Origin: an uncultured Bacteroidota bacterium
Lineage (GTDB): Bacteria; Bacteroidota; Ignavibacteria; UBA10030; UBA6906
Direction: 5' to 3'
DNA: 64,000 bases
NCBI GenBank assembly: GCA_963700635.1
Contig: CAVOYH010000005.1
Span: forward strand, 64,001 to 128,000
Position numbers and translations under genes: made by a program. Below are positions 31,467 through 43,629 of this stretch, piece after piece. Positions within the stretch are counted from its first letter, which is position 1, and the number at the start of each line of letters is the position of its first letter. Under the pieces are notes generated by a model. It saw nothing but the letters and a program-made list of their open reading frames with translations. It did not search any database and was not told the DNA's origin.

Positions 31467-33359
31467 ATGCCCGACACCAAACTGTCCGGTGAAGTGTTTT
31501 TTCCCTCCGATGAAGTGCTCCGCAATGTCCATGTCCGTGATTGGGAGAAGATGTCAGCGGAGGCGGATGGTGATCTCGAGGGATTCTGGTCCAAAGAGGC
31601 GAAGGAGCTCCACTGGTTTGAACCGTGGGACAAAGTCCTGGACGACTCCAACAAGCCATTCTACAAGTGGTTTACCAACGGGAAGACCAACATCGTGTAC
31701 AACTGTCTGGACCGCCACACCCAGACAGCCCGGCGGAACAAACTTGCGCTGATGTGGGAAGGAGAGAAGGGTGAATTCCGCTCCTTTTCCTATTTCGCTC
31801 TCCGGCGCGAAACATGCCGCTTTGCCAACGTGCTGCGCAGCCTGGGCGTGAAAAAGGGAGACCGTGTGACACTGTACATGGGGCGCATCCCCGAGCTCAT
31901 GATCGGGATGCTCGCCTGTGCCAGAATCGGGGCAATCCACTCTGTTGTGTACGGAGGGTTCACGGTTGAAGCTCTGCACGAACGGCTCGAGGACAGTCAA
32001 TCGAAGGTGCTGATTGTTGCCGATGGTGCGTATCAACGCGGAAGGATCGTTCCGCTGAAAGGTATTGCCGACGAAGCACTCCAGCGCGCTGCGACAGTGG
32101 AGAGTGTCCTGGTCGTCAAGCGCACCGGTGAAACGGTCAACATGGAGTCAGGCCGCGACATGTGGTACCATGAGCTGATGGCTCTGCCCATCGCCGGGTC
32201 GCAGTGTCAGATGGAGGTTATGGACGCAGAGGATCCGCTGTTCATCCTGTATACCTCCGGCACCACCGGCAAACCCAAGGCGATTCTGCACACGCATGGC
32301 GGGTATATGGTGGGGATCTACTCCACACTCAAATATGTGTTTGATATTCACGAGGAGGACCGGTACTGGTGTGCAGCCGACCCGGGATGGATCACGGGAC
32401 ACAGCTACATCGTGTACGGGCCGTTGCTCAACGGGGCAACATCGTTTATGTACGAAGGTGCGCCCACCCATCCGTATCCCAACCGGTGGTGGCAGATGAT
32501 CGAGAAGTATGGTATCAACATCCTCTACACGGCTCCGACAGCCATCCGCGGCCTTATGCGTTTCGGCGAAGCATGGCCCAACCGGCACGATCTTTCCTCA
32601 CTCCGCATCCTGGGATCAGTCGGAGAACCGATCAATCCGGAAGCATGGAAGTGGTATCACCGCGTGATCGGGAAGGGTCGGTGCCCGGTAATGGACACGT
32701 GGTGGCAGACGGAAACAGGCATGTTCATGATCACCCCGACCCCATCCGTCCCGCTGAAGCCGGGATCCGGAACACGGCCTTTTCCCGGCGTGCGCATGGA
32801 TATCCTGAATGAAGAAGGGAGTCCGGTCGGGGCTAACGAGGAAGGATTCCTGGTGATCAAAACACCCTGGCCTGCGATGATGCGGACAGTCTACGGCGAT
32901 CCTGAGCGTTACAAAGCCCAGTACTGGAGCAAGTTCCCCGGGGTGTACCTGACAGGTGACTCCGCGCGAAGGGACGAGGACGGGTACTACTGGGTTATCG
33001 GCCGGGTGGACGATGTTCTGAAGGTGTCAGGGTATCGTCTCGGTACGGCAGAGATTGAAAGCGCCCTGGTCAGTCATCAGGCCGTCGCAGAGGCGGCGGC
33101 AATCGGTCTTCCCCATGATGTGAAAGGCAATGCCATCCACACATATGTGATTTTGAAAGCCGGCATCACGAAGAGCGACAAGCTGATCGAAGAACTTCGG
33201 GCCCATGTTGCGCACGAAATGGGGCCGATTGCCAAACCGGACAGCATACAATTCGTTGACTCTCTGCCAAAGACGAGGAGCGGCAAGATTATGCGGCGTG
33301 TGCTGAAAGCGCGTGCGCTCGGTCAGGAACCCAAGGACATCACAACTCTTGAGGAGTGA
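31467..33359 (+). CDS. acs: Acetyl-CoA synthetase
   Basis: [53 protein letters not shown]. Confidence 0.96.
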   Translation: MPDTKLSGEVFFPSDEVLRNVHVRDWEKMSAEADGDLEGFWSKEAKELHWFEPWDKVLDDSNKPFYKWFTNGKTNIVYNCLDRHTQTARRNKLALMWEGEKGEFRSFSYFALRRETCRFANVLRSLGVKKGDRVTLYMGRIPELMIGMLACARIGAIHSVVYGGFTVEALHERLEDSQSKVLIVADGAYQRGRIVPLKGIADEALQRAATVESVLVVKRTGETVNMESGRDMWYHELMALPIAGSQCQMEVMDAEDPLFILYTSGTTGKPKAILHTHGGYMVGIYSTLKYVFDIHEEDRYWCAADPGWITGHSYIVYGPLLNGATSFMYEGAPTHPYPNRWWQMIEKYGINILYTAPTAIRGLMRFGEAWPNRHDLSSLRILGSVGEPINPEAWKWYHRVIGKGRCPVMDTWWQTETGMFMITPTPSVPLKPGSGTRPFPGVRMDILNEEGSPVGANEEGFLVIKTPWPAMMRTVYGDPERYKAQYWSKFPGVYLTGDSARRDEDGYYWVIGRVDDVLKVSGYRLGTAEIESALVSHQAVAEAAAIGLPHDVKGNAIHTYVILKAGITKSDKLIEELRAHVAHEMGPIAKPDSIQFVDSLPKTRSGKIMRRVLKARALGQEPKDITTLEE

Positions 33360-33413
33360 TCCTGAGCAGCCGCGGCTTCTTTTTCAATCCCTAAATGCGT
33401 ATATTATCTGCCT

Positions 33414-34244
33414 ATGTCTGTCATTTTCATAGTCGATCTGCTCCGCCTTCTGCTTCCGCCCCTGTATGCGGTTCTTGTGGTGGTGTACGGTATCTCGTTT
33501 TTTAGAAGTGCGCCGCGGCTGGAAAGAACAAAACACCCGGCACTTATTCTCGTTATCGTGCTCCATCTGACGTACCTCGGAGCCCGCACCGTTGCATTTG
33601 ACCACCCCCCGATCACGTCGGTGTTCGAAATCCTTACGCTGCTGGCGGCGGCCACGGCGGTGGCGTATCTCTACCTCGAATTCCGCACCCACATACAGAA
33701 TACCGGGCTGTTTATCCTTTCCCTTACGCTTGTCTTTCAGACGGTGTCGTCCCTTTTTATCAAGGACCTTCTGGTCATTCCTGATTATCTCCACAGTCTG
33801 GTCCTGGGGTTTCACGTTTCTACAGCGCTTCTGGGATACACCGCGCTTTCGCTTTCGGCCGTCTATGGCTTGCTGTACCTCATGCTGTATCATGAAATCA
33901 AATCGAACCGCTTCGGCGTTGTCTACAGCCGGCTGCCAAATCTGGAAATGCTCGAATCGATGAGTCACCGGGCTGAAGCGTTCGGCTTTGTCATGCTCAC
34001 CGTTGCAATTCTCATCGGCGTGGTGTGGCTTCCGGTGGTCTTCACGGACATCTCCTACCTTGATCCCAAGCTGATAGGGACAATCGCCATCTGGTGCTTG
34101 TATGCACTTGCCCTGATCGCGAAGCGCAAGGGGGGGTGGCAGGGACGCAAAACGATGATTGTTTCCCTCGTTGGATTTGCCTTCGTGTTTCTCTCGATGA
34201 TGGTCATCAATTTATACCTCAGCAGTTTTCACACTTTCCACTAG
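33414..34244 (+). CDS. Cytochrome c assembly CcsA/HemX-like membrane protein
   Basis: About 8 TM helices, FHVSTALLGY, RLPNLEMLE, DPKL, GWQGRK, C-terminal SFH; lies directly before hemA. Confidence 0.8.
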   Translation: MSVIFIVDLLRLLLPPLYAVLVVVYGISFFRSAPRLERTKHPALILVIVLHLTYLGARTVAFDHPPITSVFEILTLLAAATAVAYLYLEFRTHIQNTGLFILSLTLVFQTVSSLFIKDLLVIPDYLHSLVLGFHVSTALLGYTALSLSAVYGLLYLMLYHEIKSNRFGVVYSRLPNLEMLESMSHRAEAFGFVMLTVAILIGVVWLPVVFTDISYLDPKLIGTIAIWCLYALALIAKRKGGWQGRKTMIVSLVGFAFVFLSMMVINLYLSSFHTFH

Positions 34245-34262
34245 TCGGGTAGTGCGGCCAGG

Positions 34263-35546
34263 ATGAATCTTTTTTCAATCGGAATCAGTCACCATACGGC
34301 GTCGGTCGACATCCGCGAAAAAATGTGGCTTTCGGCGGATGAGATGCCGCCTGTGCTGGCGCTGCTGAAGAACCGGTTCTTCAGCGAGTGTATGCTGGTC
34401 TCGACCTGTAATCGCACGGAGTTGTACGGTATTCTGTCCGACCCGGCGATCCCGGAACGTGAAATCCTTGCGGCACTTCTGGAGACAAAACATGCCGGCG
34501 GGGATGTCCATCCCGAACACTTCCTCGCCCGCCACGCCGGTGCGGCCATCCACCATCTGTTCAGAGTGTCCGCCGGGATCGATTCCATGGTCATCGGCGA
34601 CATCCAGATCCTGAATCAGGTAAAAGAAGGATTCCAGACCGCGCGTGCCGCGGGCAGCCTTGGCCCCGTCATGAATCGTGTCATGCAGGCAAGCCTCCAC
34701 GTCGGCAAACGTGTACGCTCGGAGACGTCGATATGCGAGGGCGCTGTATCCGTCAGTTATGCCGCGGTGGAACTGGCCACCAAAATCTTCGCGGACCTAT
34801 CACGCAAATCCGCCCTGCTGATCGGGGCAGGTGAAACAGGCGAGCTCACGCTGAAGCACCTGGTGGGAAAGGGTATCGGGAAGGTGCGGGTCGCAAACCG
34901 CACCCGCGCCCGCGCGGAAGCCCTGGTCGCCGATCTGGGCGGAGAAGTGATCGATTACGAGCTGATGGCCGACGCGCTGCGCGACGCCGATATCGTCATT
35001 ACATCGGTCAACAGTCCGTCGTACGTTGTGCAGCCGGACGACGTGCAGAAGGTCATGCGCCAGCGGGGCAACAACCCGCTCTTCATAATCGATATCGGCG
35101 TTCCGCGTAATGTAAACCCTGCCGCGCGGAAGATGGAGAATGTGTTCCTCTATGATATTGATTCTCTGAGTGCAATTGTGGACCACAATCTTGTAAAACG
35201 TGCTTCGGCCATGCCCGCAGTGACAAGGATTATTCGCGAGGAGATGGTCGAGTTTTTCCGGTGGCACAAATCACTCGGCGTTGCCCCGACCATCCAGGAC
35301 TTCCGCGCCACCCTGGAACTGATCCGGCACGACGAAGTGCAGAAGCACATCAACCGGTTTGCCGCAGAGGACCGGGAATTGGTGGATCTCGTGACACGCC
35401 GCATCGTGAACAAAATACTTCACCAGCCGCTTACAACACTCAAGCAGGGGGCAGAAAACGGCAGTGGAGAAGCAGAAACTACTCTTCGTATAAAAGTCCT
35501 CCGGGAACTTTTCGGGTTGACACAGAGCGGGCGACATGGCGACTGA
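34263..35546 (+). CDS. hemA: Glutamyl-tRNA reductase
   Basis: [40 protein letters not shown]. Confidence 0.96.
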   Translation: MNLFSIGISHHTASVDIREKMWLSADEMPPVLALLKNRFFSECMLVSTCNRTELYGILSDPAIPEREILAALLETKHAGGDVHPEHFLARHAGAAIHHLFRVSAGIDSMVIGDIQILNQVKEGFQTARAAGSLGPVMNRVMQASLHVGKRVRSETSICEGAVSVSYAAVELATKIFADLSRKSALLIGAGETGELTLKHLVGKGIGKVRVANRTRARAEALVADLGGEVIDYELMADALRDADIVITSVNSPSYVVQPDDVQKVMRQRGNNPLFIIDIGVPRNVNPAARKMENVFLYDIDSLSAIVDHNLVKRASAMPAVTRIIREEMVEFFRWHKSLGVAPTIQDFRATLELIRHDEVQKHINRFAAEDRELVDLVTRRIVNKILHQPLTTLKQGAENGSGEAETTLRIKVLRELFGLTQSGRHGD

Positions 35547-36511
35547 CACGATCCGTATCGGCAGTCGCGGAAGCGAACTCGCTCTCTGGCAGGCCCACTG
35601 GGTGAGAGACCGCCTTGCGCAACTCTTTCCCTCGAAGACCATAGCCATTATCATCATCAAGACCAAAGGGGACAGAATCCTCGATGCGCCGTTGTCACGC
35701 ATCGGCGACAAGGGGCTGTTTACCCGCGAGATCGAACACGCTCTGCTGGAAGAGTCCATCGACCTGGCAGTGCACAGTCTCAAAGATCTGCCTACCACCC
35801 TGCCGGACGGACTCATGCTGGGCGCCGTCACGGAGCGCGAGGATGTCCGGGATGTTTTCCTGCCCAGACCCGGCAATCCGGTCAAGATCCTTTTTCCACC
35901 AGCCGCCGGGTGCCCGGATTGCAACGGGCAGCCTGCGGAGAAAATGCCAGATCTTGCATGTCAGGCCCGACCTGGAGGTCGTTGATATCCGTGGCAACCT
36001 GAACACACGCTACAAGAAGTTGATGGAATCAGACTGGGCGGGCATGATGCTCGCACGCGCAGGCGTTCTCCGTCTGGGATGGGAAGAGCGTATCGGCGAA
36101 TCACTCGATCCGCACGTTTTCCTTCCTGCCGTCGGACAGGGCGCCCTTGGTGTTGAAATCAGGGCAGGTGATGAACGTACATCCTCTCTTGTGCGCCATC
36201 TACATCATCAGGCAACTGATCAGGCTACGACGGCCGAACGAGCCCTGCTCCGCACCCTCGAGGGCGGATGTCAGGTGCCCATCGGCACGTTCGGCCGGAT
36301 AACCACCGATGCCCGGGGGCCGTCTGTCCTCGTGCTCGATGCCATGGTTGGCTCCTTAAATGGTAAGCGGATTGTGCGTGGCACGATATCCGGGAATCCG
36401 GATCAGGCCGATGAACTTGGGCAGTCGCTGGCGAGGGAACTACTTCAAAAAGGTGCACGGGACATTCTCGATAGGATTCGTGCAGACGAACATGACACCC
36501 CTGCCTCTTGA
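35536..36511 (+). CDS. hemC: Hydroxymethylbilane synthase, +1 frameshift at about 35884-35895
   Basis: [31 protein letters not shown] in one frame; [28 protein letters not shown] in the next frame. Confidence 0.92.
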
Positions 36512-37289
36512 AGGAAAAAGAGTGATCGTCACCCGGCCTGCGGAACAGGCAGGGGAGATGGCTGGAGCAATCAAGGATCTGGGTGGCATCCCCGTCGTGA
36601 TTCCGATGATCAGGATTCTCCCCGTTGAAGATCCATCACCGTGTGACCACGCGCTCCTCGCGTTGGAGACCATGGATGCCGTGGTCTTTACGAGCGCCAA
36701 TGCAGTCCGATATACCATGGACCGATCGGCGGAAATTGGCATCTCAAGCGCTCACTGGGACGGTAAAGAAATATATGTTGTGGGAAGCAAGACAGCGGAC
36801 GCGGCGAAGGGATATGGTCTGCCCGTCACGATGGTTCCGGGCGAATTTTCCGGCGCCGGGCTGGCGGCGGCCCTTTCCGGGCGTTCACTTCGTGACAAAC
36901 GTATCCTGCTTCCACGCGGGAACATCGGGAGGGATGAGGTGCTGCATGCCCTGACCGCGTCGGGATGTGACGTGGTGCCGGTGGTGGTCTACAGGACTGC
37001 AGGTCCCGGCGAAGAAAGCGCACGGATGATGCGTCAGGAGATTCTCAGCCACACCATGTCCGTTATCACCTTTACCAGTCCGTCGGCCGCACGTCATTTT
37101 GCCGGATTATTCACAGACGAAGAACTCCCGGCATTCCGTCCGCGCATGATTATCGCGGCAATCGGGGCCACAACACGGGAGGCAATTACGGCGTTGCAGT
37201 TGCCCGTTCACATTTGCGCCGACGAGGCAACCGCACCGGGACTCGTGACTTCGATTGTTTCGTACTTTCAATCTCAACATTTCCCCTGA
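36492..37289 (+). CDS. hemD: Uroporphyrinogen-III synthase
   Basis: VIVTRP, VFTSANAV, VVYRT, FTSPSA, AIGATT. Confidence 0.92.
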   Translation: MTPLPLEGKRVIVTRPAEQAGEMAGAIKDLGGIPVVIPMIRILPVEDPSPCDHALLALETMDAVVFTSANAVRYTMDRSAEIGISSAHWDGKEIYVVGSKTADAAKGYGLPVTMVPGEFSGAGLAAALSGRSLRDKRILLPRGNIGRDEVLHALTASGCDVVPVVVYRTAGPGEESARMMRQEILSHTMSVITFTSPSAARHFAGLFTDEELPAFRPRMIIAAIGATTREAITALQLPVHICADEATAPGLVTSIVSYFQSQHFP

Positions 37290-37293
37290 TACC

Positions 37294-38349
37294 ATGCCCA
37301 ATTTTCTCAATGATCTCTTTCTCCGCGCCTGCCGGCGCCAGCATGTTGAACGGACGCCTGTCTGGATGATGCGCCAGGCCGGCAGATATTTGCCGGAGTA
37401 CCGCGCGGTGCGCGCAAAATCTGATTTTCTGACCATGGTGCGGACGCCTGAACTCGCAGCGGAGGTGACCATCCAGCCGGTGGATCTGGTGGGCGTTGAT
37501 GCAGCGATCATCTTCTCGGACATCCTTGTCATCCCTGAGGCGATGGGAATGCGCCTGGTCATGGAAGAGAGCAAGGGACCGCGGTTTCCCCAGCCGATCA
37601 GGACAAAAGAACAGATTGATGCCATTCCTCTGGTGGATCCGGAAAAACATCTGCGGTATGTCACGGATGCCATCAGTCTTACAAAGCGCCAGCTGGGGGG
37701 GCGGGTCCCCATTATTGGATTCGCGGGAGCGCCCTGGACCCTGGCTGCGTACATGGTTGAGGGTGGGGGAACAAAAAATTTCGGTGCGATCAAGAAGATG
37801 ATGCTCGACGAGCCCGAGAGCCTCCTTGCGTTGCTTGAAAAACTCTCTGTCTCTGTACGGTACTACCTCGAAGCACAGCTCGCCGCCGGCGCTGATGCGG
37901 TGCAGATCTTTGACAGCTGGGGAGGCATCCTCACCCCCGATCATTTCAGGAAGTTCTCTCTCGATTTTATGGCCGATATCGTTGCCAGGATGCGCCGGGA
38001 TGGCGCACCTGTCATCGTGTTCTCCAAAGGAGCGCACACCACCCTCCGCGATATTGCGGCCATCGGAGCGGATGTGGTTGGGGTGGACTGGACGGTTGAT
38101 CTCGCAGAAGCCCGTGAACAGGTTGGGGAGACCGTTGCGTTGCAGGGAAACCTCGATCCGGCGTATCTTTATGCAGCACCCGAAAAAATCAGGCACGAAG
38201 TCCTTTCCGTCCTCCGGAAGTATGGAAAAGGGCCGGGCCACGTTTTTAACCTCGGGCATGGCATCCTGCCTGATGTTCCCCCGGATAACGCCCGGGCGAT
38301 GGTAAAGGCCGTAAAAGACCAGAGCCCCGCATTTCATTCACGGGCCTGA
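37294..38349 (+). CDS. hemE: Uroporphyrinogen decarboxylase
   Basis: PVWMMRQAGRYLPEY, IIFSDIL, GAPWTLAAY, QGNLDP, NLGHG. Confidence 0.97.
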   Translation: MPNFLNDLFLRACRRQHVERTPVWMMRQAGRYLPEYRAVRAKSDFLTMVRTPELAAEVTIQPVDLVGVDAAIIFSDILVIPEAMGMRLVMEESKGPRFPQPIRTKEQIDAIPLVDPEKHLRYVTDAISLTKRQLGGRVPIIGFAGAPWTLAAYMVEGGGTKNFGAIKKMMLDEPESLLALLEKLSVSVRYYLEAQLAAGADAVQIFDSWGGILTPDHFRKFSLDFMADIVARMRRDGAPVIVFSKGAHTTLRDIAAIGADVVGVDWTVDLAEAREQVGETVALQGNLDPAYLYAAPEKIRHEVLSVLRKYGKGPGHVFNLGHGILPDVPPDNARAMVKAVKDQSPAFHSRA

Positions 38350-38352
38350 CGG

Positions 38353-39330
38353 ATGAAAACGCCGCACCGATCTGCAGTTGTGCTGCTTCAACTCGGAGGC
38401 CCGGATTCTCTGGATGCAGTCGAGCCTTTCCTCTATAATCTGTTTTGTGATCCTGATATCATTGACCTGCCTTTTGCATTTCTCTTCCGGGTGCCGCTTG
38501 CACGCCTGATCTCGAGACGGCGCGCACCGCGTGTGCAGGAGTACTACCGGCGTATCGGCGGACGATCTCCGATCGCCCGGCTGACGCAACGGCAGGCCCT
38601 CGCGCTGGAACGCCGGCTTGCAGCGACACATGTGACCAGCGTGAAAGTGGCGATGCGGTACTGGCACCCGCTAACGGAAAAAACAGTGGCCGATCTGCAA
38701 AGGGAGGACGTCCGGCGCGTGGTGTTGTTGCCGCTCTATCCTCAATATTCTCGCAGTACAACGGGTTCCAGCGTGAACGAATGGCGGCGGGTCGCAGCCA
38801 GAAAGGGCTTTGCTCCCGAGCTCAGGCTGGTGGAGCAATACTGTGATCACCCGCTGTATATCCGTGCACTGGTGGAGCACATCCACATCGCCCTCCGGCG
38901 GGTTCCACCGGAGGACCGGAACAAAGTCCATATCGTCTTCAGTGCGCATGGCACACCGATGCAACTCGTCCGGAAAGGCGATCCCTATCAGGCGCAGGTT
39001 ATACGGACCCGCGATGCGGTGGTCCGCGCAGGAGACTTCGGTCTCCCGCACCATCTCTGCTATCAGAGCAAAGTCGGCCCGCAGAAATGGCTCGAGCCTT
39101 CACTCACGGACACGATTCATCGGCTGGCCACTGGCGGCACGTCCCATGTCCTTGTGGTTCCGCTGGCCTTCGTATCGGACCATAGCGAGACACTATGGGA
39201 AATCAACATGGAGGTCCGGAATGAAGCCAAAGCCCTCGGAATCCGTTACTTTGACATGACACCGGCTCTGCACACCAACACCGCGTTTATCGCGGCGCTG
39301 GCCGAGCTTGCGGCAGAACAATTACAATAA
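38353..39330 (+). CDS. hemH: Ferrochelatase
   Basis: LLQLGGP, AMRYWHP, PLYPQYS, FSAHG, YQSKVGPQKWLEP, FVSDHSETL. Confidence 0.95.
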   Translation: MKTPHRSAVVLLQLGGPDSLDAVEPFLYNLFCDPDIIDLPFAFLFRVPLARLISRRRAPRVQEYYRRIGGRSPIARLTQRQALALERRLAATHVTSVKVAMRYWHPLTEKTVADLQREDVRRVVLLPLYPQYSRSTTGSSVNEWRRVAARKGFAPELRLVEQYCDHPLYIRALVEHIHIALRRVPPEDRNKVHIVFSAHGTPMQLVRKGDPYQAQVIRTRDAVVRAGDFGLPHHLCYQSKVGPQKWLEPSLTDTIHRLATGGTSHVLVVPLAFVSDHSETLWEINMEVRNEAKALGIRYFDMTPALHTNTAFIAALAELAAEQLQ

Positions 39331-39341
39331 CAGTATTTTCT

Positions 39342-40739
39342 ATGAGCACACCACATGCGGTGATTATCGGCGGCGGCATCTCCGGTCTGACCGCCGCGTT
39401 CTGGCTTCAGCGCGGGGGCGCGAAGGTTACGGTTCTTGAACGTGAGCGCGTTCCGGGCGGCACGATGCGAACCGTCTCGGACAACGGATGGCTTGTCGAG
39501 AACGGGCCCAACAGCGCGCTTGAAACGACTCCGGTCTTCGGAGAGATGTTCGATCTCCTGGGGATCACCGGGGAACGACTGTACGCCGACGCGGCGTCCA
39601 ACAGGCGTTACATTGTCCGGAACGGTGCGTTACACGCGATACCGATGTCAGCATCTGCCTTTCTCAAGACACGGCTCTGGTCCACCCGGGCAAAACTCCG
39701 TCTTCTGAAAGAACCGTTCATCGGTCGGGCGGCACACGAAGAGACGATTGCGGAGTTCGTGGAACGCCGGCTCGGGAGAGAATTTCTTGACTATGCAATT
39801 AATCCGTTTGTCGCCGGCGTGTACGCGGGCAATCCGGAGGAATTGAGCGTCCGGGAGGCGTTTCCGAAACTGTATGCGCTGGAAGAAACATATGGCGGCC
39901 TGATCAAAGGGATGATCGGCGGAGCACGGGAACGGAAACGGCGGGCCGAAGTTGCCAAGGACCGCGCACGGATGTTTTCGTTTGCCGCCGGCATGCAGAC
40001 GTTTCCCGATGCGCTGGCGCGGAATCCAGGGATGTCGGTACACTGCAACTGCGAGGTCACCGGGCTTGAAGTCGGAAAACACCGTGCCGGTGGTAGCCCT
40101 GGTTTCGTGGTGAAGTATTCAAACGCAGGCACATCCACGGTGCTGGATGCCGAGGCGGTCGTTCTCGCTGTTCCGGCGTATACAGCAGCCGGCTTGCTCG
40201 GGATCCACTCGCCTGTGCTGGCTTCACAGCTGCAGAATATTTATTATCCTCCCGTGGCGGAAGTGTTTCTTGGATACCGGATGGAACAATGTGCTCGTAC
40301 GCTGGACGGCTTCGGATACCTCATCCCGGCCGTTGAAAGACGGAGCATCCTGGGCACGATCTGGTCTTCCGCATTGTTTCCGGGGAGGGCGCCGGAAGGG
40401 CACATCGCCCTTACAACCTTTGTCGGTGGATCCCGCCAACCGGACCTTGTCGCACAGCCGGAGGATCAACTTCTCCATTCCGTGCGTTCGGAACTTGAGG
40501 CGCTTATGGGTGTACGCGGCGAACCGGTCTACGTGCGCGTCAACCGCTGGAAGAAAGCCATCCCGCAATACAATCTTGGCTATCATAATATTCTGGAAAC
40601 GATCGAGAACCTGGAGAAGACTCTGCCCGGACTGGCTATATGCAGCAACTACCGGGGAGGGATTGCGGTGGGGGATTGCGTGAAAAGCGGCAAAGCTACT
40701 GCGCTGCGACTCCTGGAAGTGGTGCGGACCGGCGGGTAA
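39342..40739 (+). CDS. hemY: FAD-dependent proto/coproporphyrinogen oxidase (HemY family)
   Basis: [29 protein letters not shown]. Confidence 0.93.
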   Translation: MSTPHAVIIGGGISGLTAAFWLQRGGAKVTVLERERVPGGTMRTVSDNGWLVENGPNSALETTPVFGEMFDLLGITGERLYADAASNRRYIVRNGALHAIPMSASAFLKTRLWSTRAKLRLLKEPFIGRAAHEETIAEFVERRLGREFLDYAINPFVAGVYAGNPEELSVREAFPKLYALEETYGGLIKGMIGGARERKRRAEVAKDRARMFSFAAGMQTFPDALARNPGMSVHCNCEVTGLEVGKHRAGGSPGFVVKYSNAGTSTVLDAEAVVLAVPAYTAAGLLGIHSPVLASQLQNIYYPPVAEVFLGYRMEQCARTLDGFGYLIPAVERRSILGTIWSSALFPGRAPEGHIALTTFVGGSRQPDLVAQPEDQLLHSVRSELEALMGVRGEPVYVRVNRWKKAIPQYNLGYHNILETIENLEKTLPGLAICSNYRGGIAVGDCVKSGKATALRLLEVVRTGG

Positions 40740-40789
40740 CCTGTTATCCGGGAACCGGTCTTTCATGTTCTGCAATGGAGAATTATAGT

Positions 40790-41779
40790 ATGGACACTCT
40801 TGTCGGTGGATACCCTGTAACAAGACTGCGGCGCACGAGGATGAATCCGGTGGTACGTGCCATGGTTCGTGAAACTGAACTTACGCCGAACGATTTTATT
40901 TATCCGCTTTTTGTCGTCCCCGGGAAACAGATCAAAAAAGAAATTTCTTCCATGCCGGGGGTGTACCAGATGTCGGTGGATACAATTGTACGGGAATGCG
41001 CCGAGGTGTATGCCATGGGCATTCCGGCCGTGATATTTTTCGGCATTCCGGAACACAAGGATGAGGTTGGATCCGGTGCTTACGATGACAAGGGGATTAT
41101 CCAGCAGACGCTCCGTGTTGTGAAAAAAGAAGTGCCGGACCTTCTGCTGATTACGGACGTCTGTCTCTGCGAATATACGTCGCATGGCCATTGTGGCATC
41201 GTCCGCGGTGAGGAAATTGTCAATGATGCGTCGGTGGAGCTCCTTGCCAGAGAGGCCCTCAGCCACGCGAATGCGGGAGCGGATCTGATTGCGCCGTCCG
41301 ACATGTTCGACGGCCGGGTGGGTGCGATCCGGACGATACTGGATGCGAACGGGTTCCACAATATACCCATCATGTCCTATGCCGCGAAATATGCCTCCGG
41401 ATTTTACGGACCGTTCCGCGAGGCGGCCGAGAGCACACCCAAGTTCGGGGACAGGCGTTCCCATCAGATGGATCCTGCCAACAGTGACGAAGCACTGCGG
41501 GAGATCGCGCAGGACATCCAGGAAGGTGCCGACATCGTCATGGTGAAACCCGCTCTTTCCTATCTCGATGTCATCCATCGGGTAAAGGAACGATTTGCCA
41601 TGCCCACGGCAGCATACAATGTCAGCGGCGAGTACTCACTGATCAAGGCCGCATCAAAAATGGGATGGGTCGATGGCGAACGCGTCATGATGGAAGTGCT
41701 TACCAGTATCAAACGTGCAGGAGCTGATATGATCCTGACATATTTTGCCAAGGACGCAACGAAGGTTCTCAAACGATGA
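40790..41779 (+). CDS. hemB: Porphobilinogen synthase (Zn-type)
   Basis: [33 protein letters not shown]; GGAG RBS before ATG 40790. Confidence 0.97.
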   Translation: MDTLVGGYPVTRLRRTRMNPVVRAMVRETELTPNDFIYPLFVVPGKQIKKEISSMPGVYQMSVDTIVRECAEVYAMGIPAVIFFGIPEHKDEVGSGAYDDKGIIQQTLRVVKKEVPDLLLITDVCLCEYTSHGHCGIVRGEEIVNDASVELLAREALSHANAGADLIAPSDMFDGRVGAIRTILDANGFHNIPIMSYAAKYASGFYGPFREAAESTPKFGDRRSHQMDPANSDEALREIAQDIQEGADIVMVKPALSYLDVIHRVKERFAMPTAAYNVSGEYSLIKAASKMGWVDGERVMMEVLTSIKRAGADMILTYFAKDATKVLKR

Positions 41780-43077
41780 GTGTAACGACGACAAGAACAT
41801 CAGAGGCATTGTTCGAGAGAGCAAGGCAGGTCATCCCCGGCGGCGTCAATTCGCCCGTCCGGGCTTTTACATCGGTCGGCCGTAACCCGATCTTTATAAC
41901 CAGAGCATCGGGATCGGCGATCTGGGATGTGGACGGGAATGTGTATATCGATTATGTGGGATCGTGGGGGCCCATGATACTCGGACACGCCCACCCGCGT
42001 GTGATTGAAGCCATCCGGAAAGCGGCCATGGATGGAACAAGCTACGGCGCCCCGACGGAATATGAAATCCGGATGGCAGAACTCATCTGTAAAATCGTCC
42101 CGTCCATCCAGATGGTCCGGATGGTAAACTCCGGCACGGAAGCCACGATGAGTGCCGTCCGTCTGGCACGTGCGTTCACGGGTAGAGAAAAAATCATCAA
42201 GTTTGAAGGATGTTATCACGGCCATGCGGATGCATTCCTGATTAAAGCCGGATCCGGAGCGATGACGTTCGGTGTGCCGGACAGTCCGGGTGTGCCGGCA
42301 GGTGTGGCAGAAGGCACCCTCACGGCGACGTTCAACAACCTGAAATCGGTAGAGTCGCTTGTGGCACATCACAAGGGCGCCATTGCGGCTGTTATCGTTG
42401 AACCGGTTGTAGGAAATATGGGCTGCATCCCTCCTGATCCGGGTTTCCTGCAGGGATTGCGATCGCTCTGTACACGAGAGGGGATCCTGCTCATCTTTGA
42501 CGAAGTGATGACCGGATTCCGGCTGGCGCCTGGCGGAGCCCAGGAACTCTACGGGATAACACCGGACCTTACTACACTGGGGAAGATAATCGGGGGAGGG
42601 CTTCCTGTCGGCGCCTATGGAGGGCGCAGGGATATCATGGGCATGGTCGCACCCCAGGGACCAATGTATCAGGCAGGGACGCTGTCGGGAAATCCACTGG
42701 CGATGGTGGCGGGACTGGAGACGCTCACGGTGATGATGGAGGAACCAGGATTTTACAACCGGCTGAACGAAACTGCTTCCCGCCTGAGTTCAGAATTGCA
42801 GAAAGTGATTGATAAACTCTGGCTACCCGTGACGCAGAACCGCGTGGGATCAATGTTCACGCTCTTTTTTACAAAACACGCGGTGAGAGACTATGCTACA
42901 GCAGCGGCTTCTGACCGGGAGAAATTTGCGGTCTTTTTCAGGGAAATGCTTGTTCGGGGAATTGCCCTTGCACCGTCACAGTTTGAGGCGGGATTTGTGT
43001 CATTTGCTCATTCCGAAAAAGATATCGACCGGACCGTCGAGGCGGCGCGGGAGGCCCTGAAAGTGGTGTATTCCTAG
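41776..43077 (+). CDS. hemL: Glutamate-1-semialdehyde 2,1-aminomutase
   Basis: [37 protein letters not shown]. Confidence 0.97.
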   Translation: MSVTTTRTSEALFERARQVIPGGVNSPVRAFTSVGRNPIFITRASGSAIWDVDGNVYIDYVGSWGPMILGHAHPRVIEAIRKAAMDGTSYGAPTEYEIRMAELICKIVPSIQMVRMVNSGTEATMSAVRLARAFTGREKIIKFEGCYHGHADAFLIKAGSGAMTFGVPDSPGVPAGVAEGTLTATFNNLKSVESLVAHHKGAIAAVIVEPVVGNMGCIPPDPGFLQGLRSLCTREGILLIFDEVMTGFRLAPGGAQELYGITPDLTTLGKIIGGGLPVGAYGGRRDIMGMVAPQGPMYQAGTLSGNPLAMVAGLETLTVMMEEPGFYNRLNETASRLSSELQKVIDKLWLPVTQNRVGSMFTLFFTKHAVRDYATAAASDREKFAVFFREMLVRGIALAPSQFEAGFVSFAHSEKDIDRTVEAAREALKVVYS

Positions 43078-43190
43078 GCGCGGTTGAGAGACATTGGAGA
43101 ATTCCTTACATTGGGCGTCGAATAGGAACGATTTTGGCCTATCTCGTGTTCATAACAGTACGCAGAGCAACGCGCTTTTTTTTGAACCAC

Positions 43191-43215
43191 AAACCGGACT
43201 GATTTAGTCGTATAT
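43191..43215. promoter_or_regulatory. IscR/Rrf2-type operator upstream of rrf2
   Basis: AAACCGGACTGATTTAGTCGTATAT matches the IscR type-1 consensus ATASYYGACTRWWWYAGTCRRSTAT at 21 of 25 positions by manual alignment. Confidence 0.7.
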
Positions 43216-43220
43216 ATCCT

Positions 43221-43625
43221 ATGGTCAGACTCTCCAAAAAAGTAGAATACGGGCTCATTGCCATCCGGCATATTGCAGCACATCCGGCTGGTGAGCTTGT
43301 GACGGCAAAGGAGATCTCTGACCGGTACGGGATCCCCTTTGATTTGCTGGCGAAAGTCCTTTCGCGTCTCAGCAAAGCAGGCCTGATAGTGTCACATCAG
43401 GGCGTACGGGGGGGGTATTCCCTCGCACTTGATCCTCGCACCGTGCAGGTTTCCGCAATCATCCATGCCATCGAAGGAACAACGCCGGTCATCGCCCAGT
43501 GTCTGTCCGGGGGACCCGACAGTTGTGATGTTTTTGATGTATGCACGATCAAATCGCCTCTCACCAAAGTGCAGGCAAATATTGAGCAGGCGTTTACAAG
43601 TATGACTCTCGCAGAAATAGTCTGA
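43221..43625 (+). CDS. Rrf2 family transcriptional regulator (IscR/SufR-like)
   Basis: LSKKVEYG, GVRGGY wing, CX7CX5C; heads the Fe-S operon. Confidence 0.92.
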   Translation: MVRLSKKVEYGLIAIRHIAAHPAGELVTAKEISDRYGIPFDLLAKVLSRLSKAGLIVSHQGVRGGYSLALDPRTVQVSAIIHAIEGTTPVIAQCLSGGPDSCDVFDVCTIKSPLTKVQANIEQAFTSMTLAEIV

Positions 43626-43629
43626 GCAT

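Noticed and set aside
35536-36511. hemC as a true pseudogene or programmed frameshift
   Set aside because: All motifs are intact in an otherwise intact operon, and same-direction +1 shifts recur across the window; sequencing error is the simpler explanation
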